A DNA stretch of 64,000 bases, from positions 43,710,001-43,774,000 of the forward strand of contig CM114271.1 of assembly GCA_050084515.1 (NCBI GenBank). Direction: 5' to 3'. The notes under the pieces are model-generated. The model was not told the origin of the DNA. It worked only from the letters and a program-made list of their open reading frames with translations, and made no database searches. This document shows, piece after piece, positions 27,201 through 38,798 of this stretch (the stretch's first letter is position 1; the number at the start of each line of letters is the position of its first letter). Both the position numbers and the translations under genes were made by a program. The stretch is from Blasia pusilla. Its lineage: Eukaryota.

Positions 27201-28250
27201 GCACACTCAACACTCGGGCTCACCATGAGCCTCCCAACTGACTCACCTAACGTAGCGACACTCTCTAGGGTCATACACGCAACCCCTACTCGGCAACCGC
27301 CGTATATCCACCAACATGCTACACATGAAAAGAATCTACACTCGTCACCATCACTGCACCCACCTAGCACCAGCTACTACCCGATACCCAGCACTCTCAA
27401 TCACACACGACAAATGCGGGAAAAGGGACTCGAATGGGTAACCTGATCACGCCCTCCAACCTGCTGCACCATCAACATGCACTCCTCCACGTGATATGGC
27501 AACCTCCGCAACGCAACGCTCTCCTCGACCAACACGTCGATCCTCCCGTCAACAGATGCGGACAACCTATCGGCATCATGCGCACTGCCCCTCAACTCTC
27601 ACAACGCCCTGTCGCTCCCCAAAAACATCATGTCGCGCAAACCTCTCCGTCCATCCCCACACGCGGCATGTAACCTGACTCACCCTGGTCGGCTCCCAAC
27701 CATGTCTTCCCTTTTGACTACGTCCAACTTTACCACGTCACTCCCGCCAACGGTGGTACCATGTCGGACTGCGCTACCACGTTCAGCCCCTGCAACTCCA
27801 CCACATCGGGTCCTACCATGTTGGAGGGGGGAAAACCTGGCCCGCGGCCCTATGCGGCCCCCTTGGACCCTAAATGCGGGGAGAAAAGGGGGGGGGACGT
27901 CCAGCCCGTGGCCTGTTAGCGCCCGTCGCCCTACCCTAGCCTTCGCAACCTAACCTAGCCGTCTTTACTTGACAGCCCCCCCGTCGGCTGCAAGACCCAA
28001 ACCTGCCCTTTTCTTCTCTCTCCCGACATCCTCACTCGTGTACACCCGCCGCCCCACCACACACTACACTCGGCTGCTATCCCGCGTCAATCTGTACCAG
28101 CAAAATCTGAGAAAAATGGACAATGCTTCCGCCCACGGCCTTTTGAACACAAAAATGACAAATACGACGCCAACCAACGTCTCCACGGGCTCCCGACCAA
28201 GGCAACTCGCTTGTCTACTTGCAAACAACAAATTCCCACTAGCCCCCGAA

Positions 28251-28470
28251 CATCTTTCTCATGTAAAAATAAAGAGTAGTTAAAATGGCACACCCGGCCT
28301 AAAACTCCACTCCTCAATCTACATCGACATATCGAGCCTCGTCCACCCTGTGCTATCAAGGAATCCGGACGCTAGCACCCTAGTCCTATCTCACACACAT
28401 ACAAGGGAGGTGCTCCAACGGCCCAACATGAGAAAGATGGCTTAGGAAATCCATCTTCCTTTCTTATATA
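28251..28470 (-). promoter_or_regulatory. Element A promoter and self-priming site: TATATAA (28470-28464), predicted transcript 5' end (~28439) and complementary PBS (28264-28251)
   Basis: 28426-28439 ACATGAGAAAGATG is the exact reverse complement of 28251-28264 CATCTTTCTCATGT, which directly abuts A1. Confidence 0.7.
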
Positions 28471-28746
28471 GGGTTGGGAAGAGCCAAAAGGCTCTTCCCC
28501 TAAAAATAGCCCTTTCCTTGGTAACTTGCGCATAGGTTACCAGGGGCAGGTGACCTAATCAACAAGTCACCCGGTTGTGAAAGACCTCAACATGAAAGTT
28601 GTCAGAAACAATGTTCCTGACACAATGGACCTATCCTCAACCTCATCCGACACCGTGAGACAAAGTTACACTCAAGATAGTTTGTTGGCTCCTACGCCCT
28701 ATCCACGATAGATCTCGGCCTATCGGCTACTCAGATGTGACAGGGG

Positions 28747-28968
28747 TATACCTCAAGGAGAGAAAGCTTGAGAGCTCATTCTCTCTTTGTTGGACCTCCT
28801 GGCACGAGGCGGCGGAGCTATGGTCCCTTGCCTTGTGAGTGTAACCCAAGCCTTTCATTAGGAGAGTGGGTTTGGTTTGACATTGAGAGACACATGTGAG
28901 AGTGCGCACATGTGAGAACTATGGTGTTGTAAGAGAGATTAGATCTTATTTTACAAAGAGAGAATGAG
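28747..28968 (+). promoter_or_regulatory. Element B TATA-like box (28747), predicted transcript 5' end (~28775) and complementary PBS (28953-28968)
   Basis: CTCATTCTCTCTTTGT (28775-28790) is the exact reverse complement of ACAAAGAGAGAATGAG (28953-28968), which directly follows A1. Confidence 0.7.
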
Positions 28969-30610
28969 TGAGTGAGAGAGCTTCATAAGGGATCTCGTTG
29001 GTTGCTCAATGTTTGGTGCAGGTTGGGGGACCGTGTTCCCCCTTCATGGCTCATGGGAGTGCTCACCGGAGCAAGAGTCGTGCGAGTTTGCTGTTTTGCT
29101 TTGCTGATTTTTTGTAAGGTAGAGTGGCACGCGGAAGCGCTGCCCAATTTTCGATAGGAATTGAGTATTGGGGTGGATTGCTCCATGCCGCTGCTCTCGG
29201 GAGCACCATGTAGCTTGCTGATTTGTGTTCTCGCAGGTTTTACATTTTTGTTGGGAGAAAACAACGCGGAAGCGCTGCCAAATTTTGTGTAGGAGAAAGA
29301 GACATTGGGCTTTACAAAAATCCCCGTAAATTTTTACTAAAATGTTCGATTCCAAATATTTTTTAACATTGTTGTAGATCGTGAAGCCTTGCACGCTGTG
29401 CAAAAAATAGTGTGTAATTTAGAGTTGCGAGAAAAAAAGTTATGGTCAATCTTGCAAAGTTGCCATTGCTAGGCAATTTTTAGGGTTAAATTTTTCAAAC
29501 CCTAAACCAGCCGCCGGGCCGGTGGTGACTGTCTCTGTCAACGGTCAACCGTCACTATTGACGGAAACTATCACCATCAATGGTCAACCGTCATCTTCTA
29601 CGGTCAACCTTCACCGTCAACGATCCACCGTCCATCGTCGGCCATTGCCGCCGCCTAGCGCTGCTCAGAGCCGCGTTCGGCCGTTGTCCACCCTTTGGTT
29701 GCCGTTGCGGCCATTACGGAGTGGAGGGTCTTCCATCATTGATTCTCTGACTTGCACCGCCACCACGTACTTTGATTTGGCCCCCAGCGTCATCGTAATT
29801 TCGTCATCAACCAGTGATGGCAGGTGACCTCGGGTTATGGTGTTTGAGTTTTCATTTCATGTTGCTATGTTGTGATTGGTAGCCGCTCGACAACGATCGA
29901 GTACTGTGTCATGACGCCCATAGCCGCAACGCACCGCCGATTTCCGTGCCTCTTGTGGCCGCAACGCACCGTCTCGATCGCGGAGCCGCTCCTTCAGTAA
30001 GGTGTATACCGTGTGAATTGATGATTGAGGAGGGTAGGCCGCCAAGTGCCGCACCTCATTTCCAAGTGCCGTGTCGTTTGTAGCCGTTCCATGGTGCCTG
30101 TGCTGCATCCGACCGCTGAACCTGCACCGCACATCGAGTAGGTTTGAGCAGCGTTAGTACGAGAGGAGTACGACTTGTTGATTTAAGGAGTTATCTTCAC
30201 CACCGAGTTGGGGTCAAGATTTTCCGAGGAGCGACATGGACATTATTGTCAGGTTATCCATTCTAGTCTCTTACATTGCACGTGTGAGGGATTTCCAAGT
30301 ATTAGGAAGTTATTTGGGATATTGTGTTTCGTGTTGATGCTAGGAGCATCGATGATGTATGGGTTTAGGGGACATAGACCTATGTGGGATATCCAGAGTT
30401 GAGGATGGTCTATCAATGAGACGATAGATCAGTTGATTTGCCACACCACGGTGCTTGTTGCCGCACAGCACACGTCTTAGTGAGAGAGTGTAGATTGAGT
30501 GCCGCATGTTTAGTTTGAAAGGTTGAGGGATTACTCGCGAGATTGAGAGTGATCGTGTGAGAGGGGCACAAGGGCCATCACGGCGTTCTTTCAGGATTTT
30601 GAGAGGCAAG

Positions 30611-30725
30611 GTAGAGTAGAGTAGATTTTTAGTCCACGGGAAGCCGATCTGGCTTATGGGACCCCTTCCACATATGTGAAATTGACATCGCATCCGACAT
30701 GGCACCTTCACATCTAGATTTGGGG
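30611..30725 (-). mobile_element. 5'-truncated copy of the 21303-21711 SINE (3' tail only) at the start of element B gag
   Basis: Essentially identical reverse complement of ~21597-21708, including the CTACT tail. Confidence 0.85.
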
Positions 30726-33700
30726 TATACAACGTTTACAACGTGGAACGATATGTTCCAACATTTAGAGGGGGCGCCTATGGACGATTACCATGAGTTC
30801 TCCCACATATATGCCCTGGAGATTGAGGCATGGCGACTCTACTATAACCCACACTATGTGTCATGGACGAAGCCGTTCCTACATGAGGAGGAGGAGTCAA
30901 GAGAGGCTGATTCTTTTTCCACTAGTGATGTTTTAGGAGGGGTCACTCGCACTGGAGCAGTTACACTGTCTAGTCGGGTTCGTCCCAGGTTCAACCCCGT
31001 GGTTGAGTTCTTCGCTGAGTTGAGGGTGAGCTACCAAGGGGTACGGACGGAGAAGTTGCGGAGCATCCATGACTTCCAGAGGTGCTCGGTTGAGAGTTTG
31101 CGTGAGGCTTACACTCGCTTGCGCCGGTTGATCAACGTCACTCAGGGGGTGACAAAGGCTCAGGCTATTCAGTCATGGTACGCGATGTTGGACTGGACCC
31201 TGAGGACACGGGTACGGGAGGGGGTGCTTCTTATGAACACCTCCCCTACATTGCGAGATGTTCTTAGGACCCCCGAGAACATTGAGCACAATATGGCGGA
31301 GGAGAGCGTAGCCACCATGGGTTCTCGGCGAGAGCAGTCACCATTGTCTGCACCACTTGTGCAGCAACGTGGACTCGGAGATAGGTCCGCTTTGGGGCTC
31401 GACTGAGGAGCTTTGACACTTAGCCATTGAGCATGTGCAGACCGCGTGGAGCGAGACGTTTGCACTAGAGTGTGACTGGTGAGAGGAACCCCAGGTAGGC
31501 AAGAGTGCTGCTATGACCCCTTTGGATACCACCCCGATTGTGTGGTGCATCCCAGAGAAGGGTATTCGGATGTTGGATCTCTTTGGAGGGATCAACACTG
31601 GGTTAGTTGTTGTTTTGCACGCTGTAGTACGCGTGCAGCAATACCTGTATGTGGAGATTGATGATGTTGCGAGGCGCACTTCACTTCACCATGTGGCACT
31701 GTTAAGACTCCATTTTCCCGACTTGTTGTCTGTATCCGCCATGCACGGTTACTAGAGTTCCCTACCGAGGGACATTTCATTGTTGGGGGCGCAAGACTTG
31801 GAGCGGTTAGGGACCGTAGACTTGGTCATTGCTGGTTGGCCATGTAAGGGCCAATCGAGTGTTGGATGAGGTAGCGGGTTAGTTGACACTTGGTCCATGT
31901 TGTTTTGGGAGATGATGCGGATCTTGCGCCATTTACAGGAGCATCAACCTCGTTCTCCACCATACATTTTGGAGAATATGCCGATTTTGGGCGATTCGAG
32001 GTCCCACGTGGTGATGAGTGCACATGAGGTGCGCGCATGAATCGGCTCGGCAGTGTTTTTCTAGAGCACACCGCCCGCATCTTTGGTAGAGCAACTTGGT
32101 ACCACATGAGGTGTTGCGGAGGGCTTATGCAAGAGTGGAGTGTCCCTCCCATTTGTTGGTGGATTCTATATTGGATCTGGGCCGTTGATCATAGGCAATG
32201 AGGCACGATGATTGACGACCGTTGATTGTGGTCAACAGGATTGGCATGCCACGAGCAGCCTTTCCCACATTCATGAGTTTTCCCGCTTCCTATGCATTCA
32301 AGGAGGCCGGACCTCGCTTGGTTTGGGATGACCAGGTACAGAGGTTGGTGGAGCCCAATGCCGATGAGTGAGAGCAAGCGATGGGATTCCCTAGAGGAGT
32401 GACGGCAGTACCATCACTATCGGAGGCATCATGACATCATGTCTTGGGTTAGATGATGGACGTGAACTGCTTGACATGGATTTTCAGCCTAGAAGTAGCT
32501 GAGCAATGTCGTTTGAGGATGCGACAGATCAGAAAAGTTGCCTTGGTGAGCCCCATGCCTACCGAGACGGTTGAGGAAATGGTTGGGGGCGAGACCCGAG
32601 GAGATCGACACACCAGGGGTGATTGGGAGAGACACCCTTGGATTTCTTGGGATGTTTTGCAGGTACGCCAAGAGTTGATAGCCACAGCATTGAGCGTGGT
32701 TCTGGGTACTGCACGTGGAGATGAGAGTTCTATTGTCCGAGACAAGGTTGCACCATAGCAACCACCGATATCCGCACCAAAGACTCCTACCGTAGTCACG
32801 ATGGAGACTTGGGAGCCATATATGGGACCTAAGTTGATAGGAGGAGAGCGGCGTCAGATACACCAGTTCCTTAGGAGTTATAGGAGTTGTTTTGCATTTA
32901 GTATGTATGATTTGGGTACTCTGAAGGGTCCAAGGATCCGCATTGAGTTATCGAGTGACACGCCAATCTTTCAACGATCCTACAGGTACAGTGACATGGA
33001 GAGGGCTCTGATTTAGAGTAAGAGCCAAGACTTGGTCGGAGAAGGACTAGTAGAGATGTCGCATGGGGAGTATGCATCTGCCATTGTCATGTCCGCCAAG
33101 AAGGATGTGCATGGCAACGGGACGGATAGGCGGATGTGTGGAGATTACCGACCTATCAATCGACAGACGAAGTTCGATAGGTATACTATGCCCACCCTTG
33201 AGGAGATCTTTGATGCGATTGGGCATGCAAAAGTCTTCAAATTCATTGGATTTACGAGTCGGATACCATCAGCTGCCTATCAGATTGGAGGAGAGGCAGA
33301 AGCCGGCATTTTGGGGCATCGATCCTCATAGGAAGGATTGTTTGTACCAGTGGCAGTTCTTACCATTTGGGTTAAAGAACGCCCCGGCTGAGTTTCAGAG
33401 GGTCATGGATAGGATCTTGGCAGGTCTGGATTTTGCTAGAAGTAATATTGATGACATCATAATCTTAAGCGCCACGGTTGAGGAGCATGAGCGACATCTC
33501 GAGGAGATATTTCGACGATTGCAATAACATGAGCTGAAGCTACATCTAGGCAAGTGCAAGTTCTTCTACAACCAAATTGAGTACTTGGGTCATACGATAT
33601 ACCCAGGGGGCCTTGGTGTGCAACAGACGAAGGTAGAGGCTATTTCACGCATTCCACGCCCTACAGATGTGAGTCGAGGTCGTGCATACATGGGATTGGA

Positions 33701-35850
33701 GAACTTCTATCGACGGTACGTCAAGGGTTTCAGTTCAATTGCGAAGCCGCTAACCTTGATGACCAAGGTGGATCAAGAATGGCACTGGGGAGTTGAGCAA
33801 GAGAGAGCATTTCAAATGCTCAAGGACATATTGATGTGCGCGCCCATATTAAGGAGACCGATCACGGGATGTCCTTTCCAGTTGCATACCGATTGGAGCA
33901 TGTTGGGGCTCACCTAGTATGACGATGATGGTAGAGAGTTCGTGGTGGCTTACGCTAGTCGCTCGATCAATGCTGTAGAGGCAAAGTATAGCTCGTATGA
34001 GGATGAGTGCTTAGCTACAGTGTGGGCTGTCGCACAATTTCAGATGTTATCTATTCAGCAATCCTTTTACCATCATTACTGATCATCAGGCACTTAAGTG
34101 GCTGATGGAGTCCGATAAGCTAAGAGGGAAGCTTGCGAGGTGGACTCTTTCGTTGCAGGTGGTACATAGATCTAGGACACTCAACCAAGATGCATATGGT
34201 TTGAGCCGTAACCCATGCTCGAGTCAGTGAGATGCGAGTGGAACTCGTTTGCATGGTAAGAGTGACGAGGGGTTGGTGCCAGGATGGCATGCGTCAGCCT
34301 ATTTGGGCTTGTTGGCTATGGAGAGCCAGATTGCTGAGACTTTGATGGCGAAGTCTGATGGAGAGTCCTTAGATCCAGAGGCCGGTCAGGAGACGACAGG
34401 TGGCCGAGATATTTACGACGATGGAGTGGTCTTGGAGTACCTGCGTACTGGCAGCGTCGCGAGCACAGTGGGTGCTTGAGGGCGGGATCGGATCTTACAG
34501 TGAGCCAAACGGTTTTGGTGGGAGGGCACACATGTGTTGCGAGTGTGGGAGGATGGTAGAGTGCGTGTAGTGCCTCATACTTTGCAGAGAGCACGTTTGG
34601 TGTGTCATGCCTATGAGGAGTTGGGTCATTTTGGAGTGAAGCGAATGTACAGCTTGCTCCAGATTCAATATTGGTGGCGAGGCATGTAGACTAACGTTCA
34701 GCAATTTGTTGCCAAATGCATGGTGTGTGATTGAGTCCGAGAATTATTCAATGCTCCGACTCCACAGTTGCATCCACTTTCGATCATGGATTTAGGTTAT
34801 AGATGGAGTTTGGATTTTGCAAGACCTTTGCCTTTGACGGAGCGCCATAGTCGTTATGTGTTGGTGATGGTCGAGCACTTCTCGAAGTGGATAGAGTTGG
34901 TTGCATTGCCTAACAAAGCGAGTGAAGGAGTAGCATATGCCTTTCTAGATCAAGTGTTGAGTCATTACGGTATACCAGGTGAGCTGTTGACAGACCAGGG
35001 TATAGAGTTCCGCGGGGAGTTTCAGGCCTTGTGAAATCAGACACTGATCGACTACCGCACTACTTCGCGAGATCATTCTGAGGCGGACGGACTAGCGGAG
35101 TGGGTTGTGCAGACAATGAAGAGAGGACTACGCAAGTATGGCTTGCAGAGAGGTCATCTAGGAGATTGGGACCTTCGGTTTTCGTGGTTGGCGATGGGAT
35201 ACAGATTCAACAAGCAGGCATCCTTAGCATCTTTCTCACTACACTTATTGCTTTATGGCCAAGAGCCAGATTTACCTATGGCAATTCGTCGAGATGTTGG
35301 TGAGTTGTTGAACCTTGATGACCTTGATGTATGGATGCGAGCATGTTCTCAGAGGGCTGAGTTATTCCGGAGAGTGATGCCCATGGCGTTTGAGAACTTG
35401 GCGATTGCGCAACATCGGGATACGTTGAGGTATGCGACTATTCGGGGAGGTGGTTATCGACCTACTATCCGGAGGTTTCATCAGGGAGACTATGTCTACT
35501 TGGAGCAAACGGCACCCATGACGTTGGATGTGATTGCAGGGCGTACCATCTTGAGAGTGTGTGAGGTTTTGTCATCCGGTGTTCTCTTATTGGAGAGACA
35601 CGATGGTATGGTTTGGAAGGACCATATGCGTAATTGTGCGTCATGTTATCTTCTGAACATTGATGGTACACTTGATCCGAGCTTAGCAATAGTTCCTACA
35701 GACTTGCGGTGTATGTTGTGTGGTTCCGCCCGTGGTGCAACCACTATGTTAGTCTGTGATGGATGTTGGAGAGGATGGCATATGGCATGTTTGACGCCGT
35801 CTCTTTCTAGGGCTCATGAGGGACGATGGATGTGTCCCAGATGTACATAG
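30726..35850 (+). pseudogene. Element B gag-(deletion)-DNMT-RT-RH-IN-PHD polyprotein, decayed
   Basis: Gag core 30726-31390 is colinear with element A; zinc knuckle and protease are missing (deletion at ~31390). RT (MCGDYRPIN, NIDD), RH (HTDWS), IN (LDFARP, TDQG) and PHD CMLC..CDGC..WHMAC..WMCPRC (35709-35847) follow. Confidence 0.9.
31540..32480 (+). pseudogene. C5 cytosine methyltransferase domain in element B pol
   Basis: MLDLFGGINTG (I), YLYVE (II), IAGWPCKGQS (IV), ILENM (VI), EPNADE*EQAMGFPRGVT (IX) and VLG*MMDVNCL (X), with stops and frameshifts. Confidence 0.88.
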
Positions 35851-36030
35851 AGTGGGTAGTTCTACATTCTGACTTGTGTCTATGATATGGATGACAAGAA
35901 GGTGACTAACGATGGGGCCACATGAGCACCCGGCCTTCTTGCTCTAAGCGTTTGAGAGATGTACGTCATGGTAGGTAGGGAAAGATGGCTATCTGGAGTT
36001 AGAGAGACCTAACCACTAGTTAGAGGGATG

Positions 36031-36802
36031 ATTGGAGATATTTTGGTACTTTTTGTCTCGTTGTTTGGATGCCATGAATTAGCATGAGATCATGTGTGTT
36101 TGTGTGTCTGTTCGGTGACAGCGATGTATGTTGTGTAGCAATGTGTATGCGCACGATAACTATCACGTCTTTTAGGATAGATCGGTGAGATCTAGTAGAG
36201 CGTCTTCGTGAGTAGTGGCGGATAGGCTCAGTAGGTTGAGGATGACCTGTTGAGGCCGCCCAAGAAATTTGAGAGAGCAGGTTTCCTTTCGGCTCATTTG
36301 GAGCCATATTGAGGCACTTCCTATTTTAGGGAATTAACATTTTGAGTATACGATCGACTTTCTTTTTTTGGTAATTGACCCTTGATCTCCTACATCAGGT
36401 CAAGAGCGAAGGAGGTGACTTGGGAGCATAGGTTACCATGGAGAGAGCTTGGGAGAGGGGAGGGGTATACCTGAAGGAGAAAGAACTTGAGAGCTCATTC
36501 TCTTTTTGTTGAAATTCTTGGCACGAGGCGACGGAGCTATGGTCCTTTATCTTGTGAGTGTAATCCAAGCCTCTCATTAGGAGAATGGATTTGGTTTGAC
36601 ATTGAGAGATACATATGAAATTGCACACATGTGAGAACTATGGTGTTGTGAGAGAAATTCGATTTTATTTTAATTGGAAATATTTTAGAACTTCTTGTCT
36701 CGTTGTTTGGATGTCATGAATTAGCATGAAATCGTGCGTATCTGTGTGTGTATGTTCGATGACAACGATGTATGTTATGTATCGATGTGTATGCGCACGA
36801 CA
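36031..36802 (+). repeat. 3' repeat block of element B: B1 (36031-36158) - AC - A2 (36161-36671) - B2 (36673-36802)
   Basis: B1 and B2 align along their length; A2 aligns with 18317-18619 + 28747-28952 and with 55521-56021. Confidence 0.9.
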
Positions 36803-38798
36803 AGGAGTAATGACACATGTGGCATATTTTACAAATTGAACATCTAGAGCAAAAGTACATACAAAGACATTGGATAATCCTAATCTTTTATTTTTGAAAA
36901 AAAACGGTTCCTTATGCTTGGTTCGCACTCCAAGTGAAAAATGGAAGAAGTTAGATGTGACATACAAATGATGTATCTTACACGTCCAGAATATAGGTAT
37001 GTAGATATTATCATCCTTCCAATAAGTAATTGTATATTAATATTGATTTGGATGCAAATAAATGTTCAAGATAAAAAATAATTAAGATGGTCATGTTAGC
37101 ATCTAAGGGATATGCACAATAATTTGAGTTAGACTACGATCAGATGCTCGACTGGATAGCCAAGATGGTGATAATGAAAGCTATTGTAGCATTGGTAACA
37201 AGAAAACATTGGAGAATATATTAAATTAATTTCAAGAATGCATTTTTGTATGGAATATACATGATTCAAACCCCGTGGCATGTGCGTCTTGATTATTGTT
37301 CTTTGGTGTGCATACTAAAAAAACTCTAACAAGGCCAAACAAGCTCGCGCATAGTGAAATCAATAAGTTACTAAGACAATTCAAATTCCTTCCTCTCTTC
37401 GTATTTTATGGACAATACCTCAGTTCTGAGATTTTAAACTAATAACACCCTCTTCATACTTTGGTTTTTCTTGAATTTTCATGTAGAAATTGGAAACTCT
37501 CCTAATAAAGATGCAAGATCTACAAACAGCCTTGGCGCCTCAAAATACTTTACGCCCGGCTCATGATTTGCTGTTGCCAGTATTAGATTGTGTGTCCAGT
37601 AAACCGCATGATGGTTTTACTCAATCAATGTTCCTAGGGATAAAAGGTAGATGCATAACTTCGTCGTGGACAGTAGGGTACTCAAACCTTCTTTCAAGAT
37701 GAAATTTAGAAGGAGATTTTTTTTATGTAAAAATGACACATGAAACGGAAGATGAATTTCATCAATTAAGTTGTTTAAGCAAAAACTCTCCTGGAGTTAC
37801 CAGTACCTCATAAGTTCATGAGGGTTTACAAATCCTAAAAGGCCAACTTAAAGAAAAACTTGAATTCAACCCACGCGAGTTAAACCACTGGTTCAAGTGG
37901 AGCTAGCTGACTGGCATGGTATGAATGCAAACATATTCAAAGTGTGTCTCCCTCACAATAAATTCATGCATGCATATCCATTTAATGTATGGGTAAAAAT
38001 ACACTTATAAATTTTCAAATCTTGGAAAGATATTCGTAAAGAACATATTAGAGTCTAGATGCCCACAAAGCATTCAACCCAACCCTAAAGGAAAGACATT
38101 TAAGGAAACCCCATCTCCTATAGATGAAATAGATTAGGCGGAGACCCATCCTCGCCTAACCTAACTCCATCCCACACTCGTGAGTTCTTCCCACACTGGA
38201 CATCTTTTACAAGTGACCCCATAACTTGGGCTTCAAGGAGCCATATCTAGTATGACCTCTCCACTTGCTCACCATCAATATGATCAACCAGTTGGCTACC
38301 AAAAAGCTGCTGATGCATTTAAGAAACCAGAAGGAGAGCAGAGTAGAACTTAGAACTTAGAACTTACGAGTCCAAGACATGCAGGTTCTGTAGTACTGGA
38401 AGAAATTGGTGGTAATGCAGCTGGTGTTTGGAAAGAACAGCATGAATGAAGTAACTCCAAAAATAGTCACAAGTATGGGATCAATGGAGGAGAAACACAG
38501 GAAAAAAAGGGCTTCAAGCATAAAAGAGGAAATGTCAACACTGCCAAGGACTAATGACAAACAAAACAACAGAGCACATAGGACGCACGTACTCATCAGT
38601 TTCCGAAAGTGCAGAACCTGACACGTCAGTAAATCTTGATGTACATCTAGATCGAAAAAACTCTCCATTTTCCAGGTAAACATATTAAACAGCACCTGTG
38701 CTTTACCCTAGGACCTCCCAAACTACACGTTAAATGTTTCACCTCTTTCAATGAGAAGTCTAAATTTTTACTCCAAGAATTGAAATTTGTACAAGACT

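Larger units (their letters stand above)
18620..28742 (-). mobile_element. Ty3/Gypsy-type retrotransposon 'element A' (gag-PR-DNMT-RT-RH-IN-PHD), structurally complete but decayed
   Basis: TGT...ACA ends and TSD GGGG (18616-18619 / 28743-28746) in the target GGGAGGGGTATACC. Repeats: A1 28265-28742, B1 19242-19360, A2 18758-19239, B2 18620-18738. Confidence 0.93.
18317..36802 (+). mobile_element. Ty3/Gypsy-type retrotransposon 'element B' (DNMT + PHD; split repeats A1-int-B1-A2-B2), interrupted by element A
   Basis: Starts TGTCACG at 18317 and ends GCACGACA at 36802, flanked by TSD AGGA (18313-18316 / 36803-36806). A1 = 18317-18619 + 28747-28952; B1 = 36031-36158; A2 = 36161-36671; B2 = 36673-36802. 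Pol order is RT-RH-IN. Confidence 0.92.

Noticed and set aside
18620-28742. Classification as a DIRS/Ngaro/PAT tyrosine-recombinase element because of split repeats and an MTase
   Set aside because: It has an aspartic protease, a DDE integrase with HHCC, 4-bp TSDs and a C5 (PC-motif) MTase; no YR ORF was recognised.
30699-30725. ATG of ORF 30699-31406 as the gag start
   Set aside because: The ATG lies within the inserted SINE tail fragment.
18317-36802. Reading the repeats as ordinary LTR elements plus adjacent solo LTRs or tandem insertions
   Set aside because: The 5' repeats lack B in all three copies, TSDs flank only the whole A..B unit, and the B1/A2 spacer is 2 nt in two independent subfamilies.
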